Shown here: piece after piece, positions 1-15,360 of the stretch
Layout of the letters: each line of letters begins with the position of its first letter
Position numbering within the stretch: the stretch's first letter is position 1
Source of the DNA: Octopus vulgaris
Lineage: Eukaryota
Assembly: GCA_951406725.2 (NCBI GenBank)
Contig: OX597816.1
Location: forward strand, 103,230,001-103,294,000
Direction: 5' to 3'
Length of the DNA stretch: 64,000 nt
Program-made: the position numbers and the translations under genes
The notes under the pieces: generated by a model
The model's input: only the letters and a program-made list of their open reading frames with translations
Told to the model about the DNA's origin: nothing
The model's database searches: none

Positions 1-344
1 CTCCCATTACGGAATCCATGCTGGTTGGGGTTCAGCATATTATGGCTCTCAAGGAAGTGAGTCATACGCGATCTCAGCACCCTCTCAAATACCTTGATGA
101 TATGAGAGGTGAGTGAGATTGGACGGTAATTCACGGCAAGCGATTTGTTTCCTTTTTTGAAAACTGGGACAACAGACTGGGATAGAAGGTCCTCTGGTAT
201 ATATCCAGCATCCAGTGAGTTCCGCCACAGATTGGCTAGAGGGGGTGCAAGTTGGTTTTGACACATCTTCAAGACACAAGCAGGGAACCTATCGGGACCT
301 ACTGCTGAATTATGCTTCATTTCCTTTATTGCTGCTAAGACATC
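1..344 (-). mobile_element. 5'-truncated CR1-group LINE, internal RT segment (continues off the left edge)
   Basis: Reverse complement aligns closely by eye with 36692-37035 of the full-length LINE and encodes ...KHNSAVGPDRFPACVLK...LNPNQHGFRNG. Confidence 0.9.
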
Positions 345-372
345 ATTGCTGCTAAGACATTATTGCTGCTAA

Positions 373-377
<5 letters not shown>

Positions 378-463
<86 letters not shown>

Positions 464-464
464 G

Positions 465-495
<31 letters not shown>

Positions 496-645
496 GTATA
501 TATATCTATACATATATATGTATAAATACATATATATATGCATACGTACATACATACCTACATACAAACATACATACATACATACATACATACATACATA
601 CATACATACATACATACATACATGCATACATACATACATACATAT
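378..645. repeat. compound (TA)n/(TACA)n microsatellite
   Basis: Directly visible; separates two LINE fragments. Confidence 0.97.
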
Positions 646-1025
646 CGCCAGCATTGCGACCTGAACATTAGCTTCAAGGTTCATCCAAGGATGGGACCAC
701 GGGTCATACGTCCCCTGCCCAATTCAGGATCACAACATATAGATACACTGCAACACAATTTCCTTTCCTCAACAGGAAACTGACCAAAGAGGAAAATGAT
801 CCCATCACCTTTAAACGGAGTCTGGACAAATTTCTTCAAGGAATACCAGATAAGCCATCTATACCTGGATACGACTTACTCAACAAGAACTCTCTTCTTG
901 AATGTACCATGATACCACAAAACTTGACATAAAAAGGATTTGGATAATCCTATCAGGTGGTGCTAATAAGTTAGACATGGCTTGGACCAGTCTTTGGTCG
1001 AAACATACCTAAGCTTATCTGAATT
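646..1025 (+). mobile_element. 3' end of a diverged subfamily of the same CR1-group LINE
   Basis: Encodes FKVHPRMGPRVIRP...SLDKFLQGIPDKP, homologous to 37958-38340, and shares the 3'UTR motif CAGGTGGTGCTA.TAAGTTAGACATGGC.TGG. Confidence 0.88.
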
Positions 1026-1080
1026 TAAGTTCATGTATATACATACATACATACATACATACATACATACATACATACAT

Positions 1081-1180
<100 letters not shown>

Positions 1181-1872
1181 CTATATGTATACACATATAT
1201 ATGTATGTATATATATATGCATACATATATATATACTGGACCCTTGCATTACTTTATTGCCGACGTCTTCACTATACAAAGGTACGAAACAGCAGAAATT
1301 TGATCCGAACATCAGCTGCATCGGCCTCACCACTCTGGTAAAGTTTCCTTGAACAAATATGCGAAAAGTTATACGTGTAATCAATAAAACTTCATAAATT
1401 CACTTTACAAACAACTATACTTCTCTCATAACAAATACTCCCTACATCATTTCTGCATGAATCACACTTCCCTTCTCTGTCTCTGATGTCACTAAAATGC
1501 TGCATAGAAATTTTCCTATAATGATCACTTGTTCTCAAATAACAATGCTTCTCATTCGAAATATATTCCTGTAATATAATCTTTCCTGTTTTACAAGACC
1601 TATTAGTGTCATGCTTTTAGAATTTCCTAAAATACTTTTAGATCAAATTCGAAATACCCATTAAAGACTAAAATTATATCAAATAGGAATCAACAGCACG
1701 GTGGAGGTCTCCATACTATCTTCTGAGTACATTTAAATACAAATTAAGATAGAAGCTGAGATAAATTGTATAGAGTTATGTGGAAATCCAGGCAGCATCC
1801 TTACGAAACGGTTTAGCAAAAAAAAAAAAAAAAAGAAAGCAAAAAAAAATTTTCTGCGCTTTTTACTATATC

Positions 1873-2095
1873 TTTTATCTTTTACTACTTTCAGCCATTG
1901 AACCGCGGCCATGCTGAAGCAACGCCTGGAAGGGTTTACGAACAAATCGATTTCAGTACTTATTTTTAAGTCTGGTCCTTATTTCTACTGGTTTATCTTG
2001 CCGAACTGCTACGTTACGAAGACATAAACAAACCAACACCGGCTATCATGCGGTCGTGGTGGGGGTGGAGGGACAAACACAAAGATACGCACACA
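1873..2095 (-). mobile_element. SINE family B, 3' half (other copies ~4128-4330, 12478-12600, 21280-21420, 32910-33110)
   Basis: Recurrent GCGGCCATGCTG...CTGGTACTTATT...GGACAAACACAA block; reverse complement of the tail of the complete copy at 41724-42257. Confidence 0.8.
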
Positions 2096-2175
2096 TACAT
2101 CTACATGCGTGCGCGCGCATATATATATGTATATATGTGTGTGTGTGTGTGTGTGTGTGAGTGTGTGCGTGTGTG

Positions 2176-2478
2176 TGGAGGCGCAATGGCCCAGTGGTTA
2201 GGGCAGCGGACTCGCTGTCGGAGGATCGCGGTTTCGATTCCAAGACCGGGCGTTGTGTGTGTTTAGTGAATGAAAATACCTAAAGCTCCACGAGGCTCCG
2301 GTAGGAGATGGTGCGACCCCTGTTGTACTCTTTCGCTCCAACTGTCTCTCACTCTTTCTTCCTGTTTCTTGGGTAACGCTGCGATGGACTGGCGTCCCGT
2401 CCAGCTGGGGGGAACACATACGCCACAGAAACTGGGAAACCGCGCCCATGAGCCTGGCTAGGCTTGAAAAGGGCGCGT
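2176..2478 (+). mobile_element. tRNA-derived SINE family C (tail type 1)
   Basis: A box TGGCCCAGTGG, B box GGTTTCGATTCC, anticodon-like GGACTCGC (TCG, Arg); head shared with 29541-29836. Confidence 0.85.
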
Positions 2479-3587
2479 AATATATATATATATACATATA
2501 TATATATACTCGTGTAGCAAGTATATGTTCACAGTTTGCTTGTATGGAAGAATTATCTCATATTGTACTACGATATTGCTTTGCACCAACTGTTTACATT
2601 CATTTACAGCAATTTTGTGGACTATTTACAGATAATGACTTTTTCACATTTTCAACCGTTGAACTCACTTTCTTTAGACCTTCTAAAGACTTGCATTTTG
2701 AACTGTCAGAACTGTTTGCAATGGTTTTCAACCGCTCTTACGAATTTTTGGTTATTTTCTGTTGATATATTGTAGATTTTTATTTCACAGTTTTGCTTAT
2801 ATTTTCTTTTTTCTTTCATTGTATTTCCTTTTTGTACATTTTTCTTTTTACCATTTGTTGTACATTTTTCCTTCTTGCTACAGTTTTTTTTTGTTATTTT
2901 TTAACCTTTCCTTCGCGGTCACTATATTGGTCCGAGAGTAATTGTAGCAAGTATATGTTCGCAGTTTGCTTCTCTACCATTAAATAGACGAATATCGGTT
3001 CATACGCTGTTTTCTACAAGTGATCACATAAGCCTTCTAGCTTTACGCGGGCTAACCATCCCATCACGTGACAAACTAGCCGAGTGCGGGGAAATTTATG
3101 TCTGTTCGTTGGAGTCCATCATCAGCTGTATAAGGAAAAATCTTCCCGCTATTCTTTAGTGAGGGGGGTTTGCGCGGTCGAGTTCGAATCTCGGCAGAAA
3201 GGAAGTTCATTCCGCAGATAACCTTCGATGCGTACGTCAGTTCCTGTCTTCCAGCAGAAGTCACGTCACGTATTTGTTTTCCTGTTCTATCCAAGTACCA
3301 TCTGAATGAGATACCGTTTGTATATTTTCTGACAGTAACATTCAAGATGTATTCCATCAAGCTTGCCGGGTTGAATAAATCGCCGCATTTAATTCTCCTG
3401 CTTTCCTCGTTCTTCCTGTATGTACATACATACGTACGTTGGAACTCAAACCATCATAATTCATCAACTCAACTTCAATCGTTAAACACGAAAAGTCAAA
3501 GACTTTTTCATTCTTCCCGAACGTCAAACCAATACATCTACTTCTTCTCTCATCTGTCTTTTGTTTTCATACATACGAAATTCTTTC

Positions 3588-3730
3588 AGTTTCCGTCTAC
3601 GAAATCCACTCACAAGGTATTGTTCAGCTCAAGGTTATAATAGAAGACACTTGCCTAAGGTATCAAGCTGTGGGACTGAACCTGAAATCATGTGATTGGG
3701 AAGCAAACGTCTTAGCACATAGCCATGCTT
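3588..3730 (-). mobile_element. SINE family B, tRNA-like head (other copies ~38785-38925, 62215-62335, 16540-16610)
   Basis: Reverse complement matches TGGCTGTGTGGTAAGAAG...GGTTCAGTCCC...GGCAAGTGTCTTCT of 41725-41880. Confidence 0.75.
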
Positions 3731-4081
3731 GTTGTTGCAAAATAAGAATATTAGAATTATACATTTAAGTAGTTTTGCATTAGTCATGAAGCCCAATTTC
3801 CCGACCAGTTTGATGAACCTCATAAATATCACGTTACTCTGAATGGTCTATTATTTGCGAATAACTTTACATTACTTTCGGCAAGTTAGGTGACGGTTAC
3901 TTTTTTTCGAGTTAGTCACGAAGCTCTTGAAGTTTTCATGCACTTGTTGTCCCATTGCCAACTAAAAAGAAAGAAAGAAAGAAACTAAAGCACAAGCTTA
4001 AGTATAACTTAAATATTTTGCCAAATGACTAAATATATTTTCATGCTGTAAACTGTAAATATAGTTCCACATACTGAACTG

Positions 4082-4121
<40 letters not shown>

Positions 4122-4529
4122 ATATATATCTTTTATCGTTTATTTGTTTTTGTCATTGCGGCCATGCTGGGGTACTGCCTTGAACAAATTGACTCGAGTA
4201 TTTCTTATCTTAAAGTCTGGTACTTATTTTATCGGTCTCTTTTGCTGAATCGCTAATTTACGGGGACGTAAACAAATCATCACCGGTTGTTAAATGGTAC
4301 GGTGCTGGAGACAAACACAAAGACACAAACATAAGAGCACTCACACACACACAAACAAGCGCGCACACATTCTTTTATAAAATTTAGCTCTAAGGCTGTG
4401 GCCATGATGGAGCACTGCCAGTGTAATCACCTTTCCAATATATGTATGTTATTGACAGTGACTTCGAAATTTCGGCGATAGCTTTGCTGGTCCAAGTCAT
4501 TGTTGACAATATTCTTGTTAAGAAGAACA

Positions 4530-4564
<35 letters not shown>

Positions 4565-4619
4565 AATACATTTATGGTAGATGAATATGCCTCAACGAAT
4601 CAATGAAGGAAGGAAAGAG

Positions 4620-4812
4620 CGGGCATTCGACCGGCTAGGAATAGCAACCAAATCTCTGTAGAATCACAATCCACTGTTTTAAGAACAAGAAAAAAAGAAC
4701 AATATAAATTTAGATACATCTAAAAAAGACGCGATTGTCACTGATGGAAGTCTTTTCATCGTAAATCTAGTCGTCAAGTGCTGATTTGGTGCTACACAAC
4801 AACAACAACAGC
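4620..4812 (+). repeat. old dispersed repeat family D (further copies near 7160, 10325, 11040, 45050, 45375, 49765, 53140, 57035, 60040, 61215; reverse at 23215)
   Basis: Shared motif GCTAGAAATAGCAGCCAAATCT...TTTGATCATAGGTCTG...CTAAACAACAAC in many degenerate copies; the (AAC)n tail suggests a retroposon. Confidence 0.7.
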
Positions 4813-6565
4813 AGTACAAAAAAAAAAAGAAGCCAGAACAGCAATGTTATATATACTCAATACTTCACAATGGCGTCCAAAAAGTTACACGCAATCTCGT
4901 GCCATTTTGTTCCTGCAAACAATAATCATCATTAACATAATCACGAACGCTGTGTCTATGTATTCACTGTATCACGTTTCTAGCAATTACGTCTGTTAAT
5001 TACTCTCCTCCAGGCCTTGCTCTACCTGTTGTTAGATCCTCTTGAGAATAAAGAAAGTTTTTTTTTATATCTTTTTTGCAGAAAACGTTGTGAGTGAGAG
5101 GTGTCAATAGCCTCAAATGACCTCAACAACGAAAATAACGAAGAAAATCGAATAAAGAAAAAAACAACGAAATCTCTCTTAAATCACATCATATTGTCTT
5201 AAAAAAGTGAATGCATTGGACGCATTGGACAATGTAGTCCTTGGTTTACGTTGTCTGAAGAAAAAAAGTGGGATGTTAACGGCTGGAATGTTTTCGAATA
5301 TGTCTGTTGGATCGAGTGTGAGTTGGGGCTCAAGAAGGAAAAAGATGAAGAAAAAGAGAACAAGAACAATTTCAGCAACAATAAGTAAATTGCTGACTTT
5401 AGATGATTTTAAATGTTTCATAAGCTAATCTATTGAAGGAGAGGTTTTTTTTTTTTTATCTTACTACGTGAATTTGAATACCTGTGTTAGTTAGGTACTA
5501 CTTCACTGCACTAACGTTCTCGATGGATTTAGAAAATATATGAATGCCAGCAATTCCTAGTTACTTCTCTCTTCAACTACAATTTCATTTGGGCGAAGTT
5601 CTAGATTGGATCCCACTGCGTAGCATATCTTAGGAGTAGACGAAAACTGTAAAATTCTGATTGACTGTAATTTATTGCGTTGTAGACATACTGCTTAGCA
5701 CTTCCACCCAACACTTGGTTGCCTTTTGTAGAGTTCATACTGTTGCAAATATTTAGATCATATCACTGGTTTTAGGAAAACTCGTTCTGTTGATAGCTCT
5801 ACCGCAGTGACCCATGAGCTCTGATTTTCCCCCCTTTGATCTTACCACTATCGAAATCTTTCTCCCTTGATTAAACTAGTGGTTCACAAAAGTTACTTCA
5901 CGGAATTTAAATATATAATTCATTGAAATCCATTCTAAAGTTTCAGTGTTTTGAAAAAAATAAAAAGGTTTTATTCATAATTTTTTATACACAATTACGT
6001 TTGATAAAACAAAATAAGTAATAGTTTCCTTCATATTTTTCTCAGTTTTTAATCGCAAATCATTATCTTATTAACTTTCTGTGCGAAGTGTATCAGTAAT
6101 TTGATATTTAATCCCTTGTGTGTCACAAAGCCAAACACACTGAGAAGACTTCTCTACACAGTACATATGCACCAAACATCATAGTGCTGCTCATATATCT
6201 GGGAGTATACTTCTGCTTCTGCTATGCACCAACATTCCATGTTGCTGATTAACAAATACTTCAGTTATCAATACGCTTTAGCCATTACTGTCTACCAATG
6301 TCTTCCCTTCACTGTTTTGTGTTAGATAAGGTCATTGATCCTAGGTTTTCTTTGCATAAGAAAAAAAAAAACGGGATACTTATATCTGGAATTCTATGAC
6401 CACAGGTTTGCTCGATCATGTCTGACCTTGGGCTAAAAATTGAAAAAGAAAACAACCGCATAGTGATTAATTAAATTTCATGCAGTGTATATGGGTTATG
6501 GGACTACATCTAAAAGGTTTGACCTTCTCATCTGCGTCAGATAATACATTAAACTTTGACTAGTA

Positions 6566-6888
6566 CTGGGTCTTCTCAACCAATGGTTCCCAATGCCTAC
6601 TTAAATGGGCTATGGGTTTTAAAAATATAATTTAAGGCTATAGAATATTAAATATAATTTAAGGCTCTAAAAAACTAATGCGTAACCATTTTTGAAAAGC
6701 GTGTTATTCATATTTTGTTACACAAAAATATGATTAATAAAATAAGATAGGCACTAGTTTTCTATATATTTTTGTAAGTGTTTAATATTAAAACGGTTTT
6801 TCTGTTTAATTTTCATTTCGAAGTGCCTCAATAATTTTTGTATTTGATCTCCAGTGAGTCACAAAGTCAAAAAGGTTGAAAACCACTG
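6566..6888. mobile_element. degenerate hAT (Charlie-like) MITE
   Basis: Right end AAAAGGTTGAAAACCACTG resembles the TIR of 43126-43268; left end CTGGGTCTTCTCAACC is a decayed match. Confidence 0.45.
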
Positions 6889-9847
6889 AACTGATCAAAA
6901 GAAATCAATATTTTAAATTTCAGAGATGGAAGGCTTATTAATGTTATAGAACACTATACAGTATCCTTTACTGTAACCACATCTGTGGTCTGAATTCAAA
7001 GTATTTCAATTATGAGCTGTTGCTCACCCTATAAAATGAGTTTTACACTAGAGTACAGCTAACATTATGAAACTCATATTCTCCCATCACAAGGCTATTC
7101 AAACTGATTAAATTTTACTCTCCAACATACTATACGTACTAAACCGAATGAGGAACCAGCAATGGAGTTTCTATGTGGTCCCTCTACAGCTAAGAAATAG
7201 CAGCCAAATCTTCGAGTCACAGCCTATTGTTTGAAAAAAGCGAAAAAAAAAAAAAGCATAATGTAGATATACGAGAAAACGGGATTGTCAAGGCTGGAAC
7301 GCTTTTGACCAAATATCTGATCAATCATGATCTGGGGCAGAATATCAATAACAAGAACAAGAACAACAACATCGACAACAACAATAACAACGATGATAAC
7401 ATCAACATAATTGAAGAGGGAGCCAAACTTTTTATACAAAGAAAAAGACATTAGATAATACAAGCATGACCCCCTAAAAAGACGTAGATGTCACGGATGG
7501 AATGTCTTACACTATAAGTCTGGTAGATCCGTGGGTTATAAGTGACAATAGCAACAGCAAAAACGACAAACCCATAAAGTAGTATCTGTACCTTCTTGCT
7601 ATTTCATCAACTGTAACTATAACAGCTCCTGTACATTTCTACATTTGTACACCATTCCTGCTCTTCCCAACTAATTCACTCATATCTCCTTTACTCGTCG
7701 CCCTTATTCTATCTCATCTACCACAGGAAGTGAGCTATTTAACAATCATTTCACCCCCTCCTCAAAACTACAAATGCCCGCTTTTATTCAACCTATATTA
7801 ACGTTGAGTCGTTCAAATTAAGTATCAACTGCAATAACCTGACTGATTTGGAAGAATCTGAAAAGGTCATAGCACAATCACAGCTTCACCATGGAATAAA
7901 ACTATAAAAATTTCTGGATAGATGACTTCACTTTTAACAGTGATCACCACAATAAGCGTGAGTTAAGTACGAGAGTCAATTTGATCAAATGTTCCCAAAA
8001 TTCATCCAAAAAAAATTTTGTGGCCAACTCTGCGTATTATTCACCCAATAATAATCGACTAACTCGGCGTCAGTTAGACTTTGGAACTGCTTCAGTGAAT
8101 TATGTGTAAGGCAGCGAATTGTTGTTAGACTTGCGGTATTTTGATCCTCTGACTTCAAATCCCGGTGATGTCGACTTTGGTTTTCATCCATTCGGGATCA
8201 ATAAAGTTCCCATCACCAATCGATTTTTGGTCTCCTCTCTCTTTCTTGGAATAGGCTTTGTGACGAAATTAAGAAGGAAGCGTTTACATTGCAACCCTAA
8301 CAATCTTTTCAATATTCTTTGACCTATACAAAAAAAGAAATCACTTATAAAACAGAAATAATCAAAAATAAATGTTCTCTTTCTGCGTAACAAATATTCA
8401 CAGAAATAGTTTAACTTTGGAGTAGGTGAGTAACTAATTTACTCCAAACCGGTGTTTCTTGGCTTTTTGTATTCTATTTACAGTATTTATTCCATTTACT
8501 TGTCGATTCCTTTACATCTTGATTCCTCACCTCTCAAATACAACAAGAACCGAGTGGCTTTTCTATACAATTTATTATGCTCATAAAATTAACAATATTA
8601 TATTAATTTAATATTAACATCCTTAAAAAAACCCTATCGATGAAGAAATTTTCAACGTAAAATCATGTTCTACATGAAATTCACGCAGTAGTTTTTGGAA
8701 TCTTGAAATTTCCTGGCGAGGTGAGGAAGTTTTTTTCCAAGCAATCCAAATGTCCAAATATATCTTGAACTGTCTTCCATAATTATCGAAATAACAGAAG
8801 TAGTATTAGTCTCTGACTAATATTGTTTTTTTTTTCACCGCGTAATTGTTTCTAGTTAACTTTTTAATGTTTCCTGCATAAACTGTGTTAACTATAATTT
8901 GACAACTGTTTCTCATATGCTTGGTATCTTTGAGCAATTTATTCACTAAACCAGTGCTAGGCAACCCTCTTTTCAAGTGTCACCCACTTTCAAACATTGT
9001 ACAATTGGAACGCCTATCAAACTCATAATAATTTTAAGATCAACGGATTAAGTGAGTTTAAAAATAAAGTTAAAAATAAAGATAGTTTATTATTCATTAC
9101 AACTCAATGATTAAAGTTTTAATCATCTCAGACTCTGAAGATATAATACAAACAGAACTCCTTCCTTTCTATGGGTTTCCATTTATTTGTGGACCACATT
9201 ACACCACATGAGAAAAAAGGGACACAACCCACTTCCTCCAAAAAGCAACTAAGTACACAAATCTGTTGTTGAATCATATATAAGTAATAGCTACTCAGTG
9301 CATTTGTCGAGCTAGTCAGACTCATCGACAGGTACGATGAAGGTTGTTTTGCTAAAAAGGTCACAACAACACCTAAACATATTCAGAGAACTGTTTCTTG
9401 TACTTGCCAAAATAATTGATTTTCATTTAGATACAAAAGTCTGCAATCTTGTAGGGAAGAACTTAATCCACCACAGAGAGATGGAAAGCGAATTTGACTC
9501 CAGCGAGGATTTAAAATCAGATGTAAATGACCGAAACAAATGCTGAAACTCGAAATGATTCTGTCAATCCACTTACGAAATAATTGCTTCCAATTTAGGC
9601 ACAAGGTCATTCATGTTGAAGGAGACTACAGTACTTGACAGATACTTTATTTTACTGATACCACCTCAAAAATAAAAATTATAAACAAATAAATAAAAAA
9701 AAAGATTATGCAAGGTAGGTAAAGCTGACCTTGGTGAGATTTCTCTTCAGATATAAACAGCCAAAACAAATATCACAAGATATTTTGTTCGTCGCATTAT
9801 CAATTCTGTCAATCCACTTAATAACAATATTTATTCTTCAAGAATAT

Positions 9848-10058
9848 TGGTTTCAAATTTTGGTACAAGGCCAGCAATTTCGGGGTGGGGCTAAGTCGAT
9901 CACATCGACCCCAGTGTTCAACTGGTACTTATTTTACCGAGTACTAAAAGATAACGGCAGAGTCAACTTCGATGGAATTTGAACTCAGAAAGTTATGACG
10001 GGCGAAAAGTCGCTGAGTATTTTGCCCGGCGTGCTAATGATTCTGCCAGCTCACCACC
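9848..10058 (-). mobile_element. SINE family A (tRNA head, MetaSINE-like core)
   Basis: Matches the family consensus GGCGGCGAGCTGGCAGAATCGTTAGC...GAGTTCAAATTCC...AAGTACCAG...CTGGGGTCGAT. Confidence 0.85.
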
Positions 10059-11369
10059 CTACAAATCGTTCATTAATATTACTTTCTTTTTCTTTATTAT
10101 ATGATTACTTTTAGTTATATATTTTTTTAATGCCCCCTACATTAAATGTTGACACTAACTGAACCATTGTTTATTTTCATACCAATGGCGTCCGTGATTT
10201 AAGCATTGTGGTGTTGTGTTCTCTTCAAGTCGAGTTTTATTGTGCGATCCAGTCTCGGTCCTTTGTTGGAATTAATGGGTCTTAATTACAGAAGTCGGAA
10301 ATATTCTAAAAAGATGAACCATGGGAGGGTTTTCTATGTGGTCGCTGAAATCTTCCCCAAACCATACGCTAGTGTCATTGAATAATGTTGTCATAGATAT
10401 AGTTGACTGAATTGAAGCTGGTCTGATTGATAAAACCTTTGAGTATAAGGTTCCTCGCCCCCCTCCTCCTCTTCATCATCATCATCATCATCATCATCAT
10501 AATCATCATCATCAGTAGCAACAGTAACAACTGCTGTAACAACAACATCAGTTCAACATGCCCTAAGGAAACAGTTGAGTTTTACAATTTCAAATAATCC
10601 AGTGAATTTGTCTGAAATTAATAAATTAAAAATTTCAGACTTTTGAATCTTAATTGTGGACCCTAAAATTTTTTATCCCATCCCATCCTTTTTCAGTACA
10701 GCAAAAATATTTGTGGTAATTCTGCTTTAATATTCTTTGGGAAAGGTATTAACCGCAATTTGATTTAATTCGTTTGTCCTGTAGATATCAAAGCTTGTGT
10801 ACTCAGTGATAGAAAAAAAAATTTTTGGAAACAGAGGTATTTTAAGGAGCGTGAAGATGAGACTGGGGGGGTGAAGCTGGGGTTGGGGTGGAGGTTGGGT
10901 GAATATGAGATGGGGTTAGATGCTATTATATCTCCTTCTCCTCCACGATCTGATAAGTCAAAGAACACTGTCTTTCTGTATTCCTCTCCCATTATTACCA
11001 TCACTGCTTGTACTGTAAACAGCGAACGAACAAAAGCGATGGAGCCAATGTGGTTGCCTGATCTGTAGAAATAACAGCCAGATAGATCTCGCTCAAAATC
11101 ACACTATATATACCGGTTCAGTCGGAGTTGACCTGTGAATAAATAACAGCAACAAGAACAACAACAACGTCAACAAAGAGCAGAAACAAAGAAAAACATC
11201 AAGAAGAAGAAGAACAACAACAACAACGAAAAAAAGATAAATAACAAAATAAAAGCACAAAGAAATCAATAAGATGAAGAAACGGTGCCTCTAACCATTT
11301 CGTATCATTGTTGCACAGTAGTCAGTATTAAAGCTGCACCGATCAGCGGGCGACGTCACTTTCCTTTTA

Positions 11370-11446
11370 TAATAGCTGCTACTGCTGCTACAACAACAAC
11401 AACAACAACCACTACCACCACCAGCAGCACCACCACTACTACTACA

Positions 11447-11532
<86 letters not shown>

Positions 11533-11571
11533 AACCACCATCACCACCACCACCACCACCACCACCACCCT

Positions 11572-11606
<35 letters not shown>

Positions 11607-11812
11607 GTTATGATGCCAATCACCGCATACAACAGCAACAGTAGTTGTAGCAATAGTAGTGGTAGCATTAATATAGTACTAGCATTAGTAGTAGCAACAG
11701 CACTAGTATTTAAAGTATTCGTAGTATTCGAAATAGTAGTAGTAGTGGTGGTGGTGGTAGTAGTAGTCGTGGAAGTAGCAGCAGCAGCAGCAACAACAGC
11801 AGCAGCCGCAGT

Positions 11813-11875
<63 letters not shown>

Positions 11876-11920
11876 TATGGTAATACTAAGTTCTGATGCT
11901 GGCAATGTTGTTTTCTTTGG

Positions 11921-11970
<50 letters not shown>

Positions 11971-12400
11971 GTTGATGCTGTTACCTGGCCGTACTATTTA
12001 CACCAGACAGACAGACGAATCAATAAAAAAAACATAAACGTCATCCGAGATAAATTAAAATGTAGGCTTTTGATTCAAACCAACTATATAGCACCATCGT
12101 TGTCATCGTCATCGTGTCGTCGCCGACATTATCACCACCACCACCACCACCACCACAACCACCACCACCACCTTCACCACTCTTCTCATTGTCACCGTTC
12201 TGGTCGTCGTCGTAGAAATGATTGTCGCCATCGTTGTGGTAGTAGTAGTCGTGGTGGTTGTGGTGGTGGTGGTAGTCGTCGTCGTCGTCGTCTTCACCAT
12301 TAATCATAATCATCCTTAAAGTCACCATCGACACTACTATCATCATCATCATCATCATCATCATCGCCATCGTCACTATCGTCATTATCCACGTTATCGC
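11370..12400. repeat. cluster of trinucleotide microsatellites (CTA, AAT, CAC, TAG, CAG, CAT, GTC)
   Basis: Directly visible; source of many homopolymeric pseudo-ORFs. Confidence 0.95.
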
Positions 12401-12714
12401 AATATTAACGACAACAGCACTGACACAAATAACGATTTCTTTTGACTAGACTCAAGGCGAATTGCTTACTCTTTTCCCTCTTTTATTCTTTTACATGTTT
12501 CAGTCATTGGACCACTGCCATGCTGGGGCATCACCTTCAAGTGTTTAGACAACGATATCGACCCTGTACTTATTTTAGTCTGAGACTTATTTCATCGATC
12601 TATAATTTATTTTAATCTATTTTTATTGGTTTGGGCTGGAAGGAGAGGTTGTTCTTGTGGCCTTCTAGGGCATTCGAAACTAGCGAGATTTGATGTCGTT
12701 AACGTTTCAGCTCG

Positions 12715-14640
<1,926 letters not shown>

Positions 14641-14849
14641 TCAGACACCAAATATTAATTTTCGAAGTGAAACTTGGATAGTAAAGACAGACAATTGATA
14701 ACGATTGAAAATTTGTGTCTGGGAGAAGAATATCAAGTACAGTTTACGCGTTAGTAAAAAGTGATGCATGAATTCTAGGCTGGATCGAGGTCCACAGATA
14801 ATAGAATAGAGGAGAGAATACTGTCCAGTGGGTTTAGTTTACTTTCTCT

Positions 14850-15360
14850 TCTTTCTCTTGGACTCCTTCCGTCGTTGTCTATCTCTGGCCAACCATGGCC
14901 ATGTAGCCCCCAGATAGCTGGGGAGATCATCTATGGTCGACCTCTTGATCGTGTCCATTGTCTTGGTATGCATTCCGTCACCCTGATTATCCATCTGTTG
15001 TCCTTCAGTCCCGCGATGTGACCAGTCCAGCTATATTCTTTTCTGCTCTACAAGGCCCGAAACTTTTAGGGAGGGGCTCAGTCGATTAGATCAACCCCAG
15101 TACACTACTGGTGCTTAATTTTATCGACCCCGATAGGATAAAAGACAAAATCGACCTCGGCGGGATTTGAACTCAGAACGTAAAGGCAGACGAAATATCG
15201 CTAAGCATTTCGCTCGGCGTGCTAACGTTTCTGCCAGATCCCCGCCTTGTTTGTTCTCCTTGATGGTTCTTATGATGTTATTGACTCTCGTGTGCTGTCG
15301 TATCCAGGCATTGGTTTTCTTGTCTCGCAATGTGATGCCAAGCATGATTCGTTCCATTTT
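14850..15360 (-). mobile_element. RTE-clade LINE 3' fragment, split by a family A SINE (15048-15247)
   Basis: MERIMLGITLRDKKTNAWIRQHTRVNNII, resuming after the SINE as WTGHIAGLKDNRWIIRVTEC...RSRGRP. Confidence 0.85.

Noticed and set aside
2176-2250. Genuine tRNA-Arg gene (also 29541 and 22040-22135)
   Set aside because: Cloverleaf is imperfect and the sequence continues into SINE bodies.
10864-10920. G-quadruplex or telomere-like G-runs
   Set aside because: Irregular, not a TTAGGG array, and no supporting context.
11285-12385. Long poly-T/V/H/S ORFs
   Set aside because: Stop-free frames of trinucleotide repeats on both strands.
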